From Rhizobium sp. (GTDB lineage Bacteria > Pseudomonadota > Alphaproteobacteria > Rhizobiales > Rhizobiaceae): 53,466 nucleotides of DNA. The stretch lies in NCBI RefSeq assembly GCF_003501385.1, contig NZ_DNPN01000081.1. The stretch is one strand, 5' to 3'. Positions 34,486 to 47,000 of the stretch are shown one piece after another. Position 1 is the stretch's first letter. Each line of letters begins with the position of its first letter. The notes under the pieces are model-generated. The model was not told the DNA's origin, made no database searches, and was given only the letters and a program-made list of their open reading frames with translations. Position numbers and translations under genes: made by a program.

Positions 34486-37400
34486 TTACATTCTCCCTCG
34501 CCTTTTCAAAAGACCATATAGGTTGCATGAATTGGATGATGTGTATTTATGAGTGCAGTCTGTAAAGCTTTTATTATCGCCCAAAATATGGCGAGCCATG
34601 GCCGCAATGGTTGGAAACTGAAACATATGCATCCGTCTGACATCTGCGTTAAACGCAGCATTGAGACGAACAACAAGCTGCGTGAGCAGCAGAGAATTGC
34701 CTCCGGCATCAAAGAAATTTTCGTCATTTCGCACTTGATCGGTATGCAATACAGTACGCCAGATGGCAGCAATGGTCTCTTCGACCGAATGGCCGGCACG
34801 CAGGGGAAGAACCCTCTGTGTATCAAGGCTGGTCTGCAAAGCTTTCATATCCAGTTTGCCATTGGCAAGACGCGGCAAAGCGTTGTGCTTGATGATCCGT
34901 GACGGCACCGCATAGGCTGGCAACTGCGCCCGCAGAAGACCACGAAGATCCGGGAGGAGTTGTGTGGTTTCATCACACACAACATGCGCAACCAGTTCAG
35001 GCCCGACGGAGGGTATCTCCCGGATCTGCACATAGGCGTCCATAACCCCGTCCGCGCCGCGCAACAGCGTCTCAACTTCGCCCAATTCAATACGGTACCC
35101 ATGCAGTTTGGTCTGCGTATCCAAACGACCTAGGAAAAGCACTTGGCCGTCGGCTGTCCATGCGGCACGATCTCCGGTACGATAAAGGCGCTGTCCATCA
35201 AATGGACTGGAAATGAAACTCTGCGCTGTTAACTCCGGCTGCCCGTAATAGCCTGCTGCAAGCCCGGCACCGCCAATGAAAAGCTGGCCAACCACGCCCG
35301 GCGGCAGCAATTGCATGGCATCGTCCAGAATGAGAAACTGTGTATTGGCAATCGGTCGGCCAATGGTGATCGCCTCATCAGCCCAGATACGTGCCATGGA
35401 AGACCAGATGGTGGTCTCCGTTGGTCCATACATGTTCCAAGCGGCTTTCACACGGCTGGACAATGTGTCAGCGAGATCGCCGGACAGTTTTTCACCGCCA
35501 CAAAGGGCGAGCATCGCATGATTGCCCTGCCATCCCGCAGCGATCAGCATTTGCCATGTAGCGGGTGTGGCCTGCATCACACTAGGGCGCACAGCTTCCA
35601 GATGCTGTCGCAGCGCCATTGCATCATCGGCAACATCACGGGCAACAAGATCCAGCTCCGCCCCGTTGATGAGCGGCAAGAACAGTTCAAGAGCGGCGAT
35701 ATCAAAGGTGATTGTGGTGACGGACGACAATCGATCTTGCTCAGAAAATGGCAATGCCTCAGCCATCGACAGCAGCAAATTGCTCAGTGCCGCGTGGGAA
35801 ACAGCCACCCCTTTGGGGGTGCCTGTCGTACCTGAGGTGAAAACCACATAAGCCAGGGTATCTGGTTCAAGAGCGCCGAATCTAATGGCGTCAAAATCCT
35901 TGCCGGAGGCCCCTGTCTGGCTTTGTCCCGCTCCAAGCGCATCGACCAGCAGCACGCGCGGCATCTCTTGCGCCAGCGCGTGGATCAGGTCCTGTTGCGT
36001 CAAGATTGCAGAGAGATGAGCGGCTTTTGCAATCCTTGCCAGTCGCGCCGGGGGAAAAACCGGGTCCAGCGGCACATAGGCCGCGCCCAGAGCAAGAATG
36101 GCCAGCAAGGTTACAGGCAGTTCCACGGTGCGGTGAAGAAACACGCCAACCATATCCCCACGGCGAATGCCAAGCTCACACAGCTCTGCTTTCCGGCGAC
36201 CAATGCGCGCTCCAAGTTCCCGATAAGTGATCGTGATTTGATCATGGCGTACGGCAATGCGGTTCGGCCAAGTGCCAATCGCCTGCTCGACAAGGTGCGG
36301 GACGCTGTCCTTGTTGTTTCGCGCTATTTGCTTGCCCTGCCATTCCACCAGAAGTGTGCGCTCTTGCACGTCATCCATCAGCGGCAAGCCCATGAGCAGA
36401 CTGTCAGGATGGGCGTGCGCGAGAAACAAGACAAAATATTGCTGCAACAGCGCAGCAACCTGCAGATCGACACTGGCGATAAAACGAAAGCTGGATTGGG
36501 TCGGGCAGAATTCCACCCGAATGCCCGCACCCGGCTCCAGCACCGCCTGTTGTGTATGGACATCCACTATCACCACCACGAATGGCGGGATCGTTCGTTC
36601 TTGAAAACGAACGGCACGCAAATGTGGATGGCGGGCGCGGATGGTTCGCAAATAGAGACCATTCGCCGCAAGCCGCGACACAACGGGTGCAAGATCACGC
36701 GCCACATCATTCAATGTAGTCTGCGTTGAAAGCGCAGGGACGATCAGCGGCAAGTCTGCACTGAGCAAAGCTGCCAAGCTGTGATCCCTCGGGCTTCGAT
36801 AGGTAAGCCGCGATCCACTGCAGCCAATTCGGGCCAAAAAGGCAAGCAGTACAGCCAGCCCAAGAGTTTCCCTTTGCGGAAAGGATAGAATGCCAAGATT
36901 TGTCGGAAGGCAGACAGGGGCCGTAGATGCAGCCTCGGCCACACCGAAATTTTCCCAATTGAGATCAAGTGGCGCAGCCGCTTGCAATTGTGCCAACCAA
37001 TAGCGCTCATTGCGGATGGCAGTCCTATGGGCCTGTACCCATGCCGCAAGCTCGTCAGCACTGACATCGGGGAACCGATCACCGATCTTCAATCCGCAAC
37101 GGCTGATCAGGGCTGGAATAGACAGTGGATCGCCATCCACTATCTCGAATTGGCTGAAGTGAATGTCCCGGTCCAAGGTCGCTATCACCAGCCAGTCATC
37201 ACCCAGCGCCAGCAATGTGCCTGCCGGGACACCTGTTCGTTCTTCACCCACCCGGGCAGCACCAACTCTTGCAAAATCGGCACCAATCTTCAGCAAGCAA
37301 AGGCCGAATGAATTGACATAGGGGCCAAAATCCGTGCAACGAACCAACCGCGTCATCGCTTCAGCGGAAAGATCCCAGGTGAGAATGCCGCAATTGGGCG

Positions 37401-37998
37401 GTCCATCAAAGCGGCCATGATAGGTTCTCAGCGAAAGATCCTGCTTTTTGGCCTTGGCCACACCCTCGGCCAGTTCTGCGACCAGATGCCGGAAACTGTG
37501 GAGTGCAGCCGCAAAGCATTTGGAATTCAGGCTCCATGTGGTGTCATCGAGATCGACCGTCACGGACTGTTGCTGGAGAACATCGCCCGCATCAACCTGC
37601 GGGGTCATGACATGCCATGTAACACCATGGCTGGTCTCATCGTCCAGAATGGCCCAACTGGTGGCAAACAGACCGGCATGGCGCGGGAGCAAGGCATCGT
37701 GGTAATTGATTGCCATCACTCGTGGCAAATCGATCAGCTCTTGTGGCAGCACGGTCAGATTGGCAATGCTGAACAGATAATCAAATGGCTCGGCTGATAG
37801 CCGCTGTGCCAAATGGCAATCCAGCACCTCAACAGGAATGCCTTGCGCCATGTGTGTTTCATGCTGATCGGGATCGTCGATCACCACAGCGCGAACATCA
37901 TGCCCCTCGGCCAGCAAATGCTGAACGCAGGCCGTCATAAGTGCTGTGTTGCCGATCACCACTGCCGAAAATCTGGTTTTTTCCCGCATGTTCGCCAT
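34486..37998 (-). CDS. Starter NRPS: formyltransferase-[partial C]-adenylation (Gly)-PCP (OzmO-like)
   Basis: 1170 aa. Formyltransferase motifs INYHDALLPRHAG and GVTWHVMTPQVDAGDV. A domain FTSGTTGTPKG, YGPTETTIWS, LYRTGD, LANGKLD. Specificity code read by hand as DILQLGMIWK, the glycine code. PCP FFDAGGNSLL. Confidence 0.94.
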   Translation of the reverse strand: MANMREKTRFSAVVIGNTALMTACVQHLLAEGHDVRAVVIDDPDQHETHMAQGIPVEVLDCHLAQRLSAEPFDYLFSIANLTVLPQELIDLPRVMAINYHDALLPRHAGLFATSWAILDDETSHGVTWHVMTPQVDAGDVLQQQSVTVDLDDTTWSLNSKCFAAALHSFRHLVAELAEGVAKAKKQDLSLRTYHGRFDGPPNCGILTWDLSAEAMTRLVRCTDFGPYVNSFGLCLLKIGADFARVGAARVGEERTGVPAGTLLALGDDWLVIATLDRDIHFSQFEIVDGDPLSIPALISRCGLKIGDRFPDVSADELAAWVQAHRTAIRNERYWLAQLQAAAPLDLNWENFGVAEAASTAPVCLPTNLGILSFPQRETLGLAVLLAFLARIGCSGSRLTYRSPRDHSLAALLSADLPLIVPALSTQTTLNDVARDLAPVVSRLAANGLYLRTIRARHPHLRAVRFQERTIPPFVVVIVDVHTQQAVLEPGAGIRVEFCPTQSSFRFIASVDLQVAALLQQYFVLFLAHAHPDSLLMGLPLMDDVQERTLLVEWQGKQIARNNKDSVPHLVEQAIGTWPNRIAVRHDQITITYRELGARIGRRKAELCELGIRRGDMVGVFLHRTVELPVTLLAILALGAAYVPLDPVFPPARLARIAKAAHLSAILTQQDLIHALAQEMPRVLLVDALGAGQSQTGASGKDFDAIRFGALEPDTLAYVVFTSGTTGTPKGVAVSHAALSNLLLSMAEALPFSEQDRLSSVTTITFDIAALELFLPLINGAELDLVARDVADDAMALRQHLEAVRPSVMQATPATWQMLIAAGWQGNHAMLALCGGEKLSGDLADTLSSRVKAAWNMYGPTETTIWSSMARIWADEAITIGRPIANTQFLILDDAMQLLPPGVVGQLFIGGAGLAAGYYGQPELTAQSFISSPFDGQRLYRTGDRAAWTADGQVLFLGRLDTQTKLHGYRIELGEVETLLRGADGVMDAYVQIREIPSVGPELVAHVVCDETTQLLPDLRGLLRAQLPAYAVPSRIIKHNALPRLANGKLDMKALQTSLDTQRVLPLRAGHSVEETIAAIWRTVLHTDQVRNDENFFDAGGNSLLLTQLVVRLNAAFNADVRRMHMFQFPTIAAMARHILGDNKSFTDCTHKYTSSNSCNLYGLLKRRGRM

Positions 37999-38001
37999 CG
38001 G

Positions 38002-41000
38002 CTAATCTCGCATATCAAGAGACGTGAACAGCGACAGCAGATGCTCAACCTCTTCGTCTGACAAACCTTGCGTCATGGAAGCCATGACGTTATTCGAAGG
38101 CATTGAAGCAGGTCGGGTCTCAAACACGGCTTTTTGTGGTGCATGGACCCCATTGAAAGGCCGGACAACCTCATTTTTCTCCTTCTTTTGGCTCTCAATG
38201 CCCGCATGACTGCCGGCCTTCCGGGCCGCCAGATAGTCCCCAAGCGAGGCGATTGTCGTGTGATCGAAAACCACGCCGACAGGGACGGGACCAAAGACCT
38301 CCGAAAGCGATTTGGCCAGTTCAAGGGCAACGAGGGAATCGATGCCGTAAAGCTCAAAAGATGCTGTTTCGTCGATCTGTTCCACGGGTAATTCCAGAAC
38401 CCGGGCAAAAACGCGCCGAACAGCCAGCCGATCCTCCTTGTCGCTGCTGGCGACAGCTGGTGTCAAAGCAGCGTCCATGACAGGACTGCTCACAACATCT
38501 GCTGTCACCATTGGCTGCGTATCCTTGCCTTGAGGCACAATCCCGTTACTGCGCGCAATAATCACGCTTTGATGCGCTGTCAGGCTGCGGGTTGCCATCG
38601 GCTGCCAGACATGGGTCTCGGCGAAGCCGCAATCGGCCAGCACATCGCGCCACATCTCTTGAAACAATAGCGGTGATGCGTTCAGGCGATATTGCGGATC
38701 GCGGTAAGCGGTCCATCCTTCGGTTAGCCCGAAAATAGCCGCGAAATAATTGAGGACCCGCGTGCCTTCATTGAGCAACACCACACCATTTCCGGCCAGA
38801 AGAGCCTTGCAATGGCCGATGGTGGCATGAATGTTCTGCGTGGCGTGGAACACATTGGACCCAATCACCAGATCAAAACCGCCGATTTCAAACCCTTGCA
38901 ACGCAGGATCTTTTTCGATGTCGAGAACCTCGTATCGGCAGAATGGATAATCCGTGCCAAACCGCTTGCGCGCCTGCCGCAGAAAATGGGCTGAAACATC
39001 GGTAAACACATAGTCCACGTTGCCACCAAAGGACTGGAGCGCGTGCAGCACCGGCGCAGTGGTTGCCCCGGACCCGCCACCCACTTCCAGAATGCGGATA
39101 GGGCGCGCAGGGTTCAATCGTCGCTGCTCTTCCACGTAGCGGCGCAGCACAACAGCAGTGAGCGCATTACACCGTGCCATCACCAAATCATCGGCATAGA
39201 GCGGCGACAGCCATTCCAGCGATCCTCCCGGAAACAGCAGATCCACCGCCTTGGTCTGACCGCAAAGGACATCCGGCAGAGCTGCGAGTACCCGCTGAAT
39301 GAGGCGCACGGTATGGCCAAGTCCGGGCTGACGGCGCGCAATCGCATCAAGATCATACCAGCCAGACTGCTGGTTCAGCGCAACCGCAGCATTGGCGCGG
39401 TCCTCACGCAGCAAGCCCTGCTCGACAAGACGATCAAGCATCCATCGAACATAGCCCATCATGGGCGCGATAACGCCCAGCGCCACCTCGATCTCAGAGC
39501 GCCTCTGCCAGCGGCCTGTTTCCACCAGAACGCCCTTGCGCTGAAGAAGATCAAGAAGGGCATGGCCCAAGGCGGCATCCAGATCAGCCGAGGCCGCCAG
39601 ATGTTCACTCATTGCCGCTCTATCACCATTTTCTGTTGCACAGGCCTGCGACAAAGCTGCAAACACATTGGGCACAGAATTGGCCGTCGCGCGCTCATGG
39701 CGGGTGGTGTTGACACCAATGCTTTCCAACAGTTCCGGCTTGACCGCAGACACCAGAACCTGCGGCAAGCCCGCACCAAGCACCTGCTCAATGGCAACCA
39801 GCCCGTCTTCCGGCTCAATGGCCTTAACACCCGCAGCCTGCAATCGGTCGAGCAAGTGGGTCCGTTCGGTTTCTTCACCCGCCCAATACCCCCAGTTGAT
39901 GGTCTGGACCGGGAACGAAACGAAGGTCTTGGCAAATCGTGCAAAAGCATCAGCAAAGCTGCACCCCGCCACATAGCCCGCTTGTCCGACATTGCCGTCG
40001 AAACTGGAACCAGAGGAGCATAGCAGGAAGAAATCCAGCGGCTCATCGCGCAGCCCGGTCAGCAGATTCCAGAGGGCATCCACTTTGGCGCTGGCACCGG
40101 CGCTAAAGTCCTCCGTCTCCAGCACGGCAATGCGCTTTTCCACCAGCGTCATGGCGGCATGGATAACACCATGAACAGTGCCAAAGGCAGACCGGATACT
40201 GGTCAACGCAGCGTGCAACTGCTGGGGATCGGTAGCATCGGCGGCAAGATACAGCACTTGCGCACCTGCCGTGCTGATCTCACGAATTGCCTCTTCCCGC
40301 TGACTTTTCGGGCTACGTCCGATGATTGCCAGTCGCGCACCGTAATGGCGTGCAAGGTAAAGGCTCAGATGGCGACCGACAGCGCCGAGCCCGCCCACCA
40401 GCACATAGACCCCACCCCGCCGAAAACGCGATTGCCCTTGTGGCAACTCAACACGGGCAAATTCCCGCAAACGGCGAATGCCGGACCGCAATGATACAGG
40501 CCGCAAGGAGGACTGGAACGGTTCCGCAAGAATCTGCGGCATATGCGCTTTCCACTCACCGGCGCGCACATCAATCAGGGCAATTTTCAGCTGTGGATAT
40601 TCCTTGGCCAGCACCGCACACACGCCCGCAAGCCCGCCCGACCAAGGCTCCTGCGGTTCATGCTCGCCCAGAGGAAACAGCCCGGAGGTGATAATTTTCA
40701 CCTGGAAACGCCCGGCAAGAACGCCTGCACGATCCAGACCCTGCACCAGCGACAGGAAGGATAGCACCAGACGATTTTGCTGCAACCTTAGCGCTTCAAG
40801 TGAGGCAGGAGCCCATTCGGACTGATGAAGTGCGCAGACATAGAGCGTATCCAGATGCGGCAGCCGTGCGAGAATCGGTTGAAGATCGCCCGCAATCAAA
40901 CCATTGGCGGCGGGTCGAAAAATGGCATGCGGCACATCAGCATGATGGCGCAGTATGGCACCCATAACGTCATCCTCCTCCATGCCGCCCAGCACCAGGA

Positions 41001-44000
41001 GGCCACCAGCGGCAGATGTCTCTTGCTCCCCATCACTCAGGAGAGAAGGCGCCCAATGGGGAGAATAGATTGGCAAAGCCTCTTTTTGGCGCGCAGCGCG
41101 CAGGGTCAATCCAGCAATATCAACGATGATCCTGCCATCGTCATCGGCAATGATCACATCAAACCGATCAGCCGCCTTCATCGTCACCAAAGACCAGCCG
41201 ATTGCTGGAATCGGGCCTAAGAGCCTCATACTGTCAATCAGGAAGGGCATGGCCGGGTTTTGATTGCTGAGGCCAGCATTCAGTTCGGCCATCCCATGGA
41301 ATGCGGCATCAAGGACAGATGCTTGCAGCGACAGATCATCATCGGACACGCCAGAGATAACGAGCCGTGCCAAAACTTCGCTTTCACTGCGCCATGCCTG
41401 CTGAACGCCGCGCAACGATGGACCATAGTGGAGTCCCTGGGTCGCCAACCTTTCATAGAGAGAGGTTACCGCAACGGGCTTCAAGCATCGCTGCCGCAGC
41501 GAGGCAAGGTTAAGATGTTCAACACCTTGCGTCGCAAGCGGGCTGCAATGCCCTTGGGAAAAAGGAGCCGCAGCCCTATCCTGTGATGTCTCACTAATAA
41601 GGTATTGCCCGTCTGGCTGGGCGTGCAGGGTAACATCAATCCCGCGCGGCCCGGCGATGACGGGAGAGCGGAACACGACATCTTTCAACGCGGCGGGAAG
41701 TCCCAGACTGCGCGCCGCCAGCACCAGATGGGCAGCACCGGGCAAAATGCGTTTTGCACCAATCACATGGTCACGGAGCAAGCTGGCATCATACGGCAAG
41801 GCCAGAGAGTACTGGTTCTTGGGGCGCTCAACGCCAACTGGCTCGGTCCTTGCCGCAAGCGGCGGCAACCAGTGTTTCACCTTTTCAAAAGGATAGGTTG
41901 GCAAAGACCGGATTCTGCCCTGCCTACCCAACTCTCTGCTCCCACCATTGTACAGCGCTTCCCAGTCAACACGGGTGCCGCTGACCCAGGCACGCGCCAG
42001 CCCATCAAGATCACCAGGGGTAAAGCCCGCGACAGGGGCAGATTGCGCGCTTCCAGCAAGCTCTCGCGCCACACTGCCGCGATAGAGCCAATCAGCCGTC
42101 GCTGTATTTTCTGCCATGCTGGCAAAATGCCGGGCAATCTGCGCCGTTGTTTGCGCCTTGAATGCCAGCCTTTCCGCCATCGCCTCGCGACCAATCTGCA
42201 AGGTGAAGGCAATATCCGCAGGCGCGATATCAGCTCCCTCACCGGTGAGGAACCGGGCCATGGCGGCCGCATAAGCCGCAAGCCGCTCCCGGTTATGCGC
42301 TGAAAGAACAATCAGCACAGGGCTGTTCCCATCGCTTGCCAGCAGGTCGCGCGCAGGTTGAGGGCGGAATTCCTCCAAAATGACATGGGCATTGGTTCCA
42401 CCCGCGCCAAAGGAACTGACGGCAGCGCGTCGCGGCTGATCTGCCTTGCGCGGCCAGGGCGCACATTCACGCGCCAGCACAAAGGGCGAATTGGCAAAAT
42501 CAATCAGCGGATTGACCGTTTCGGCGTGCAATGACGGAACAATGACACCATGTTGCAACTGCAACACCGCCTTGGTAACACCTGAAATACCAGCCGCACC
42601 CTCCAGATGACCAATGTTGGACTTGACCGAACCAAGAGCGCAGAAGCCAGTTTCTTTGGTGTGACGCGCAAAGGCCAGGGTCAGCCCGGTATGCTCAATC
42701 GGATCACCAAGCGACGTGCCCGTGCCATGGGCCTCGACATAGCCAATGCTTGCCGCATTGATATTGGCTCTTTCGAGGGCTTCCTCGATCACCGCCTGCT
42801 GCGCCGCAGGATTGGGAACCGTATAGCCCGGAGCTTTTCCACCATGATTAACCGCTGTTGCGCGGATAATGGCACGGATATTGTCGCCATCGTCCAAAGC
42901 CTGCTGCAAGGGTTTCAGCAACACAGCACCAACCCCTTCGCCCGGCACATACCCATTGCCACCAGCACCGAAGGAGCGGCACAGCCCTTCATCGGACAGC
43001 ATGGTCTTGCGGCTGAGGTGGATATAGCGCAAGGCGTGCGCGGAGACATTCACCCCTCCGGCAATGGCATAGGCGCATTCGCCTTTGATCAGGCTATCGC
43101 AGGCCTGATGCAGCGCCACAAGCGAGGCAGAGCAGGCCGTATCAATCACCATGCTCGGGCCACGGAAATCGCCAAAATAGGACAATTGATTGGCGATGCC
43201 AGAGCGATTGGCCAGAACCGTAAAATGCTGCCCAAGTGCGGCATGGTCGGCGGCGAGAAAAGCATAATCATCCCACATGGCACCGACAAAAACGCCAACA
43301 TCGCGCCCGCCCGCACCAAAGCGCGGCTTGGGCAACCGCGAGAGCGGATAGCCCGCATCTTCCAACGCTGCCCAGCCCGCCTGAAGGAACAACCGCTCCT
43401 GCGGGTCCATCAGCTTGGCCTGAGCAGGCGATATCTGGAAGAACAGAGAGTCGAAGCAATCGGCATGGTCAAGAAAACCACCCCAGCGCCCATAACTTGT
43501 GCCTGGCTTGTCCCGCTCGGAACTATAGACCGCCTCGATATCCCAGCGTGAGGCAGGAACCTCGCGCACCGAATTGCGCCCTTCCACCAGATTTTTCCAG
43601 AAACTGGACAGATTCTCTGCATCAGGATAGGTGCCGCTCATGCCGATAATGGCAATGTCTCGACTTCCAACTTGAAGATGATCCTCTTGTTTGCCACGGA
43701 TGGATACTGACGGCAGAGCGGCGGGCATGGATTTTACGGAAGGATCAGCCGATGCAGCCTCTGCGGGAGCGATCACATTTTCGGGCGGCGCAATCTTGCG
43801 CAAGCATTGCTTGACGTCCTCCGCGTGCTCATGGAGCAGATGGGTGGCAAGGGCAGCAATATCCGGGAACTCGAACAGGGCCGTGCTGCGCAGCCGCGGG
43901 AAATCCTTGCCCAGAAGTGCAATCGTCTCCATGATCAGGACGGAATCCAGACCATAATTGACCAGCGCCTGTTGCACATCAATCTCCTGCGCAGGCATTT

Positions 44001-47000
44001 TCAGCACACGGCCAGCCATATCACGCAGGTAGGCAAGAAGATCTGCCTCTTCAGCAGGGACTTCAGTAACGCGGACTTCGAGTTGCACCGGAGGCTTCGG
44101 TGCGAAGGTCACCGATTTTGCACCGAGCGCCCGTTCCACCGCTGTGATCTCGGCACCGGTGCTGGCTCCCGTGGGCAGCAACACCGGATTGTCGTAGCGC
44201 CAAACCTCTTCAAGGGCGTTAAAGGCATGTTCCGGCGACAACCGCTCAAGGCCGGTGCGCAGCCGATAGACGGAAACATCCCGTTCGCTCACATGTGTGT
44301 TGGCCCCGGTCACAGTCCAAAGCGGCCATATGACAGACAGCGACCGGCCGGAGCGTTGGCCGAGCCTTGCCTTTTGCGCCCTTTGGCGAACGTAGCCATC
44401 CAGAAAACGATTGGCCACGGCATAGCTGCAATTGCCAAAATCGCCAATCAAAGACGCAATTGAGGAAAAGGCCACAAACACATCCAACGACTTATTGCGT
44501 GTTGCAAGGTCAAGCGCAATCAAGCCGGACAGTTTTGGTGCCAGCATACGGTCAAATTCTTCCCGGCTGGAAAGACCTGTTCCGAAAGGTTCAGCGACGC
44601 CAGCCAGATGGAACACTCCATTTAAGGAACCAAAATGCCGCTCCACCGCCGCCACGGCAGCATCGGCTTCACTCTGCCGTGTCACATCAGCCTGCACCGC
44701 CAGAACCTCGGCACCCAGCGCCCGCAATTCGTCCAGCACCGTCCGGGAGATCGGTGAACGACCCATCAATCCCAACCGGGCCTGATAGCGTTTTGCCAGA
44801 TAACGGCACAATTCAAGACCGACACCACCGCCTGCGCCACTGATCAGGTATATGCCACCCATCTTCAAGGCGTCCGTGCCCTGTCCGGGCAAAGCCCGAA
44901 CAAGCTGGCGCACCTGACGCCCCTGCGGCGTGTGGCGGATTTCCTTTGTCGCTTGCCCCGATCTGTGGGTGAGTTCAGCAGCAACAATAGCCGCCACATC
45001 GGCTGGGCTGGTCGTGTTCAGGCAGAGCGTAAACAGGTCGAGCTTTGGCAGACTGCTACCAATCGACATGGCAAAGCCAGCCATAGCCTCCAATTCGGGC
45101 CGCACAGCCTGATCGTCTTGTGTATGGGCCGTGAGGCAGCGGATTTTGGTGTTGGCAGCCTGTCGGGACAAAGCTTCCAGCAGGGCGCGCAGGGCATGGA
45201 GATTGCGCTCCAGCTTCAGCTCACGATCCTGGCTGATCCGGTCTTCCTCCGTGAGAGACCACAGCATCGCCATATCGACCGTGTCAGCAGCACCAAGGCC
45301 TAACGAGGCTATCAGCCGCTCGTAATGCGTCGGATCGGATGGATCAAGGCCGACAAGATCGGCAAACGAGGCCACAAAGCCGCTCGATGGCGTGACTGTG
45401 ATGACGCGCCGCCAGGTGCCGGGCGCCCTAAACGTTGCAGCCCTGTCTGACGTATCATCAAACAGGATCAGCACATCGGCACCGGTTGCCGTTTCCGGCA
45501 TGGCTTGCGCAACCCAATCCTGAACAAAAACCGCGCTTTGCGGCGTCAAATTTGCGGCTTGATCAAAAATGCGGGTGGTCAACCGGCGGATCGCGGCCAG
45601 CTCCAGACCTTGCGGATCAACAATCGAAATATCAAAGCTGTTCGGGTCATCGACCCGACGTGTGGCATGGGCATAACAAAGCCCGTGGATTGGGCCACGC
45701 GGGACGATTTCGCCCAGAGACAGGGGAACGCCAAAACGACCAGAGGGTGGACGATCAAATGTTCCCACCCAATGCGAGGCGCGCAAGATGCCATCCAGCA
45801 GTTCAGGCGGCAAAAGCACACCATCCTGCACCGACGCATATTCAAGCTCCAGCAAGGCTTCATCGTCCCCACTCCAGGCCTGACGGATCACATCGAAGCT
45901 CGGCCCGTAGAGGAAACCTGCATCATGATAAGCCTGCGCAATCTCAGTCGCCGTTCTGCACCGTGGCAACCGGGCCCGGAGCGCCGCAAGATCAACCCTT
46001 GCTTCAGACCCACGGCCTGCGGCATGCGGTGCACCGATCCGCCCGCGCGCATGGACGATCTTTTCTTCCCCCTCACCCGTTTGCAGCTCAAACAGCGTAT
46101 CTTCCGCCTCTTGATGCAAGGCAAGGAATGCGTCCCGCTCCCGCCCAGCTTCAACCACCAAGGGCTGTAGCCAAAGCACATTGTTGACACTGGACAGGGC
46201 ATCGCAGCCCGCTTTTTCAGCCCCGGCACGGGCCATTTCCAAAGTGCCAGTCCCCGGCAGCAGCAATCGCCCTTCAATGCTGTGGTCTGCAATCAATGGC
46301 TCGTCTGATCGTAAGCATCGGCGAAAACGCACTGCCGTCAGTGTCGATTCATTGGCATCCAGCAACGGATGCAAACGTGAGCGCTCCTCAGGCAGAGCCG
46401 GTAGCGGCACCCAATAGCGATCCTCCGCAAAGGGATAGAGCGGGCCGGGTGTCCGCTTTGGCCGCTGAGCCGACGGCAGATCCTCATAGAGCGAGGCCCA
46501 ATTCGCGCTCCCCTTCTCCAACCACTGACGAACAGCTGCGTGTATGCCCTTCTCAGTCTCATCAAGCTGATCGGCCTTGCGCAACAAAGAGCCATTATCA
46601 TGGCCTTGGGCAAAGGCATTCAGGCGTTCAAACAGCGTGACACCGTTGTCGGTCATGACCGCCAAGCGGCAATCAAATGTCTCACGGCCGGTTTGCAGGC
46701 TATAGGCCAGATCGGTAAGCAGCACAGCACGGGTTGTCAGCAACTGTGCCAGATTGCCCGCCAGCTTGCGCAACGCCCGCTCATCTCTGGCAGAGAGAAC
46801 AAAGGCCAACTGCCGTTCCGCAATCTGTTGTGCTGCGGGGCGGTCTGCCACCCTGTTGCCATCAAAGGCCTCCAGCACCAGATGAGCATTTGTGCCACCA
46901 GCACCAAAAGAACTCAGTGCCGCCCGCAAAGGCTCATCCTTGCGGTGAGCAGGTCTGTTGGGTTGCCAGTGCTCAAGCTGCTTTTGAAGCTTGAACGGCA

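Noticed and set aside
34486..37998. Rhizopodin/tolytoxin-type N-methyl-vinylformamide starter
   Set aside because: The starter module has no N-methyltransferase, and the next module has no KR/DH. The architecture fits the oxazolomycin type better.
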